Shown: piece by piece, positions 63,094 to 64,000 of the stretch
Layout: the number at the start of each line of letters is the position of its first letter
Numbering within the stretch: position 1 is the first letter of the stretch
Virus record (IMG/VR): IMGVR_UViG_3300042317_001568
Location: 1 to 64,000 of that record
Reading direction: 5' to 3' (one strand)
Length of the DNA stretch: 64,000 nucleotides
Notes under the pieces: generated by a model
Seen by the model: the letters and a program-made list of their open reading frames with translations, nothing else
The model's database searches: none
What the model was told of the DNA's origin: nothing
Position numbers and translations under genes: made by a program

Positions 63094-63687
63094 ATGGCTG
63101 TTCCTGAGCAAATGTTTGCGCACGGTTTAGACGTCAAAAAGGGCTGGTTCGACATGGCCTCGCTCGATTATTCGGCGAAGCTTGCGACTACCGTCACGTT
63201 TGACGTAAAGCGCGGTCGCGTTGTCCACGTTAACACTAACGGTGAGTTCGTGCCGGGTGCGCACAAGACGTGCCCCGCGGTCTTCCTGCTTAACGGTTCG
63301 GACGACGCCGACGTAAGTAACCCCGGTTACAACTCGCCGATGACATCGGCGAATTTCATGCACATCGCAGTTGCGCCGACCGGCAAGATGTCCGGCCTCG
63401 TAGCGACTGGCGGTTACGAAATCTCCTCGACGGAGTTCGTGACTGCTAACACCTACACGCCCGGCGATCTGCTTTCGGTAACTACGAAAACTGGCGCTGG
63501 CAGCACCGTAGCTGCTACCGACGGTCTTCTGACGAACTACAGCGTTACGCAGTATGCGCAGCCGGTAGTCGGCGTTGTATCCAGCGGTGCTGGCAAGAAT
63601 CACAACGGGATTCAAGCCCTTTCGTTCTGGTGCGTCTATCTCCCGGGCGCGGCCAACTGGAACGGCGTACAGGCGGCTAGCGCCTAA
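63094..63687 (+). CDS. Putative capsid decoration/cement protein
   Basis: Beta-rich; directly before the capsid candidate; GGAGGT RBS. Confidence 0.55.
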   Translation: MAVPEQMFAHGLDVKKGWFDMASLDYSAKLATTVTFDVKRGRVVHVNTNGEFVPGAHKTCPAVFLLNGSDDADVSNPGYNSPMTSANFMHIAVAPTGKMSGLVATGGYEISSTEFVTANTYTPGDLLSVTTKTGAGSTVAATDGLLTNYSVTQYAQPVVGVVSSGAGKNHNGIQALSFWCVYLPGAANWNGVQAASA

Positions 63688-63718
63688 CTCTAACTAATAG
63701 AACATGGAGGTTCTTAAG

Positions 63719-64000
63719 ATGCCCACTCAGCAAGAAATCCAACTGCTCAACGAGACTCTTTTTGAGCAGCTTGATACACCCGGCATGCAGAAGCAGGCCA
63801 TTGATGCGGTTAACGACTTCACGCGCACCAAGATGCGTGAAGACGGCTTCTACCGTCGTATTATCCCGCCGCTAACCATCACCAACGACGAACTCGATCG
63901 TCAGGTTGATACGGACAAGCCGGTGAAGGTAGTCGACAAGGAGCCCGATTCCCCGGCAGCCGTGTCGATTCCGTTCGCCACGCTCCCGAGCAACTTTTAC
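63719..64000 (+). CDS. Probable major capsid protein (3'-truncated, not in the track)
   Basis: GGAGGT RBS; open frame MPTQQEIQLLNETLFEQLDTPGMQKQAIDAVNDFTRTKMREDGFYRRIIPP...; gene order protease-scaffold-decoration-capsid. Confidence 0.6.
   Translation, partial: MPTQQEIQLLNETLFEQLDTPGMQKQAIDAVNDFTRTKMREDGFYRRIIPPLTITNDELDRQVDTDKPVKVVDKEPDSPAAVSIPFATLPSNFY

Overview
64 kb of a large (jumbo-type) tailed phage genome. Almost all genes are on the + strand; the one convincing minus-strand gene is 29229-29897. The host is possibly a planctomycete (inference only). Bases 1-17.9 kb form an accessory or early region. It holds thymidine kinase, a GT4 glycosyltransferase, six tRNAs, a tmRNA, RNA-repair-type enzymes and a Mesh1-like HD hydrolase. 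It also holds two long ORF-free, heavily base-paired segments (about 1.0 kb and 0.7 kb) that are candidate giant ncRNAs. Seven copies of a bipartite promoter-like motif (SCTAAAT-N15-GNYATAT) occur only in this region. Bases 18-47 kb hold putative virion or inner-head proteins, an SF2 helicase, glycosyltransferases, PhoH, a ferritin-like protein, tRNA-Asn, an actin-like ATPase and a membrane-protein/protease cassette. Bases 47-54 kb encode a phage multisubunit RNA polymerase as a beta/beta'-N fusion plus a separate beta'-C gene. Bases 54-64 kb form the head module: prohead protease, scaffold-like protein, and a likely major capsid protein cut by the window edge. Many virion-region proteins carry K-x-A/S motifs at domain boundaries, suggesting protease-processed polyproteins. 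All calls are by eye from motifs; no searches were run.
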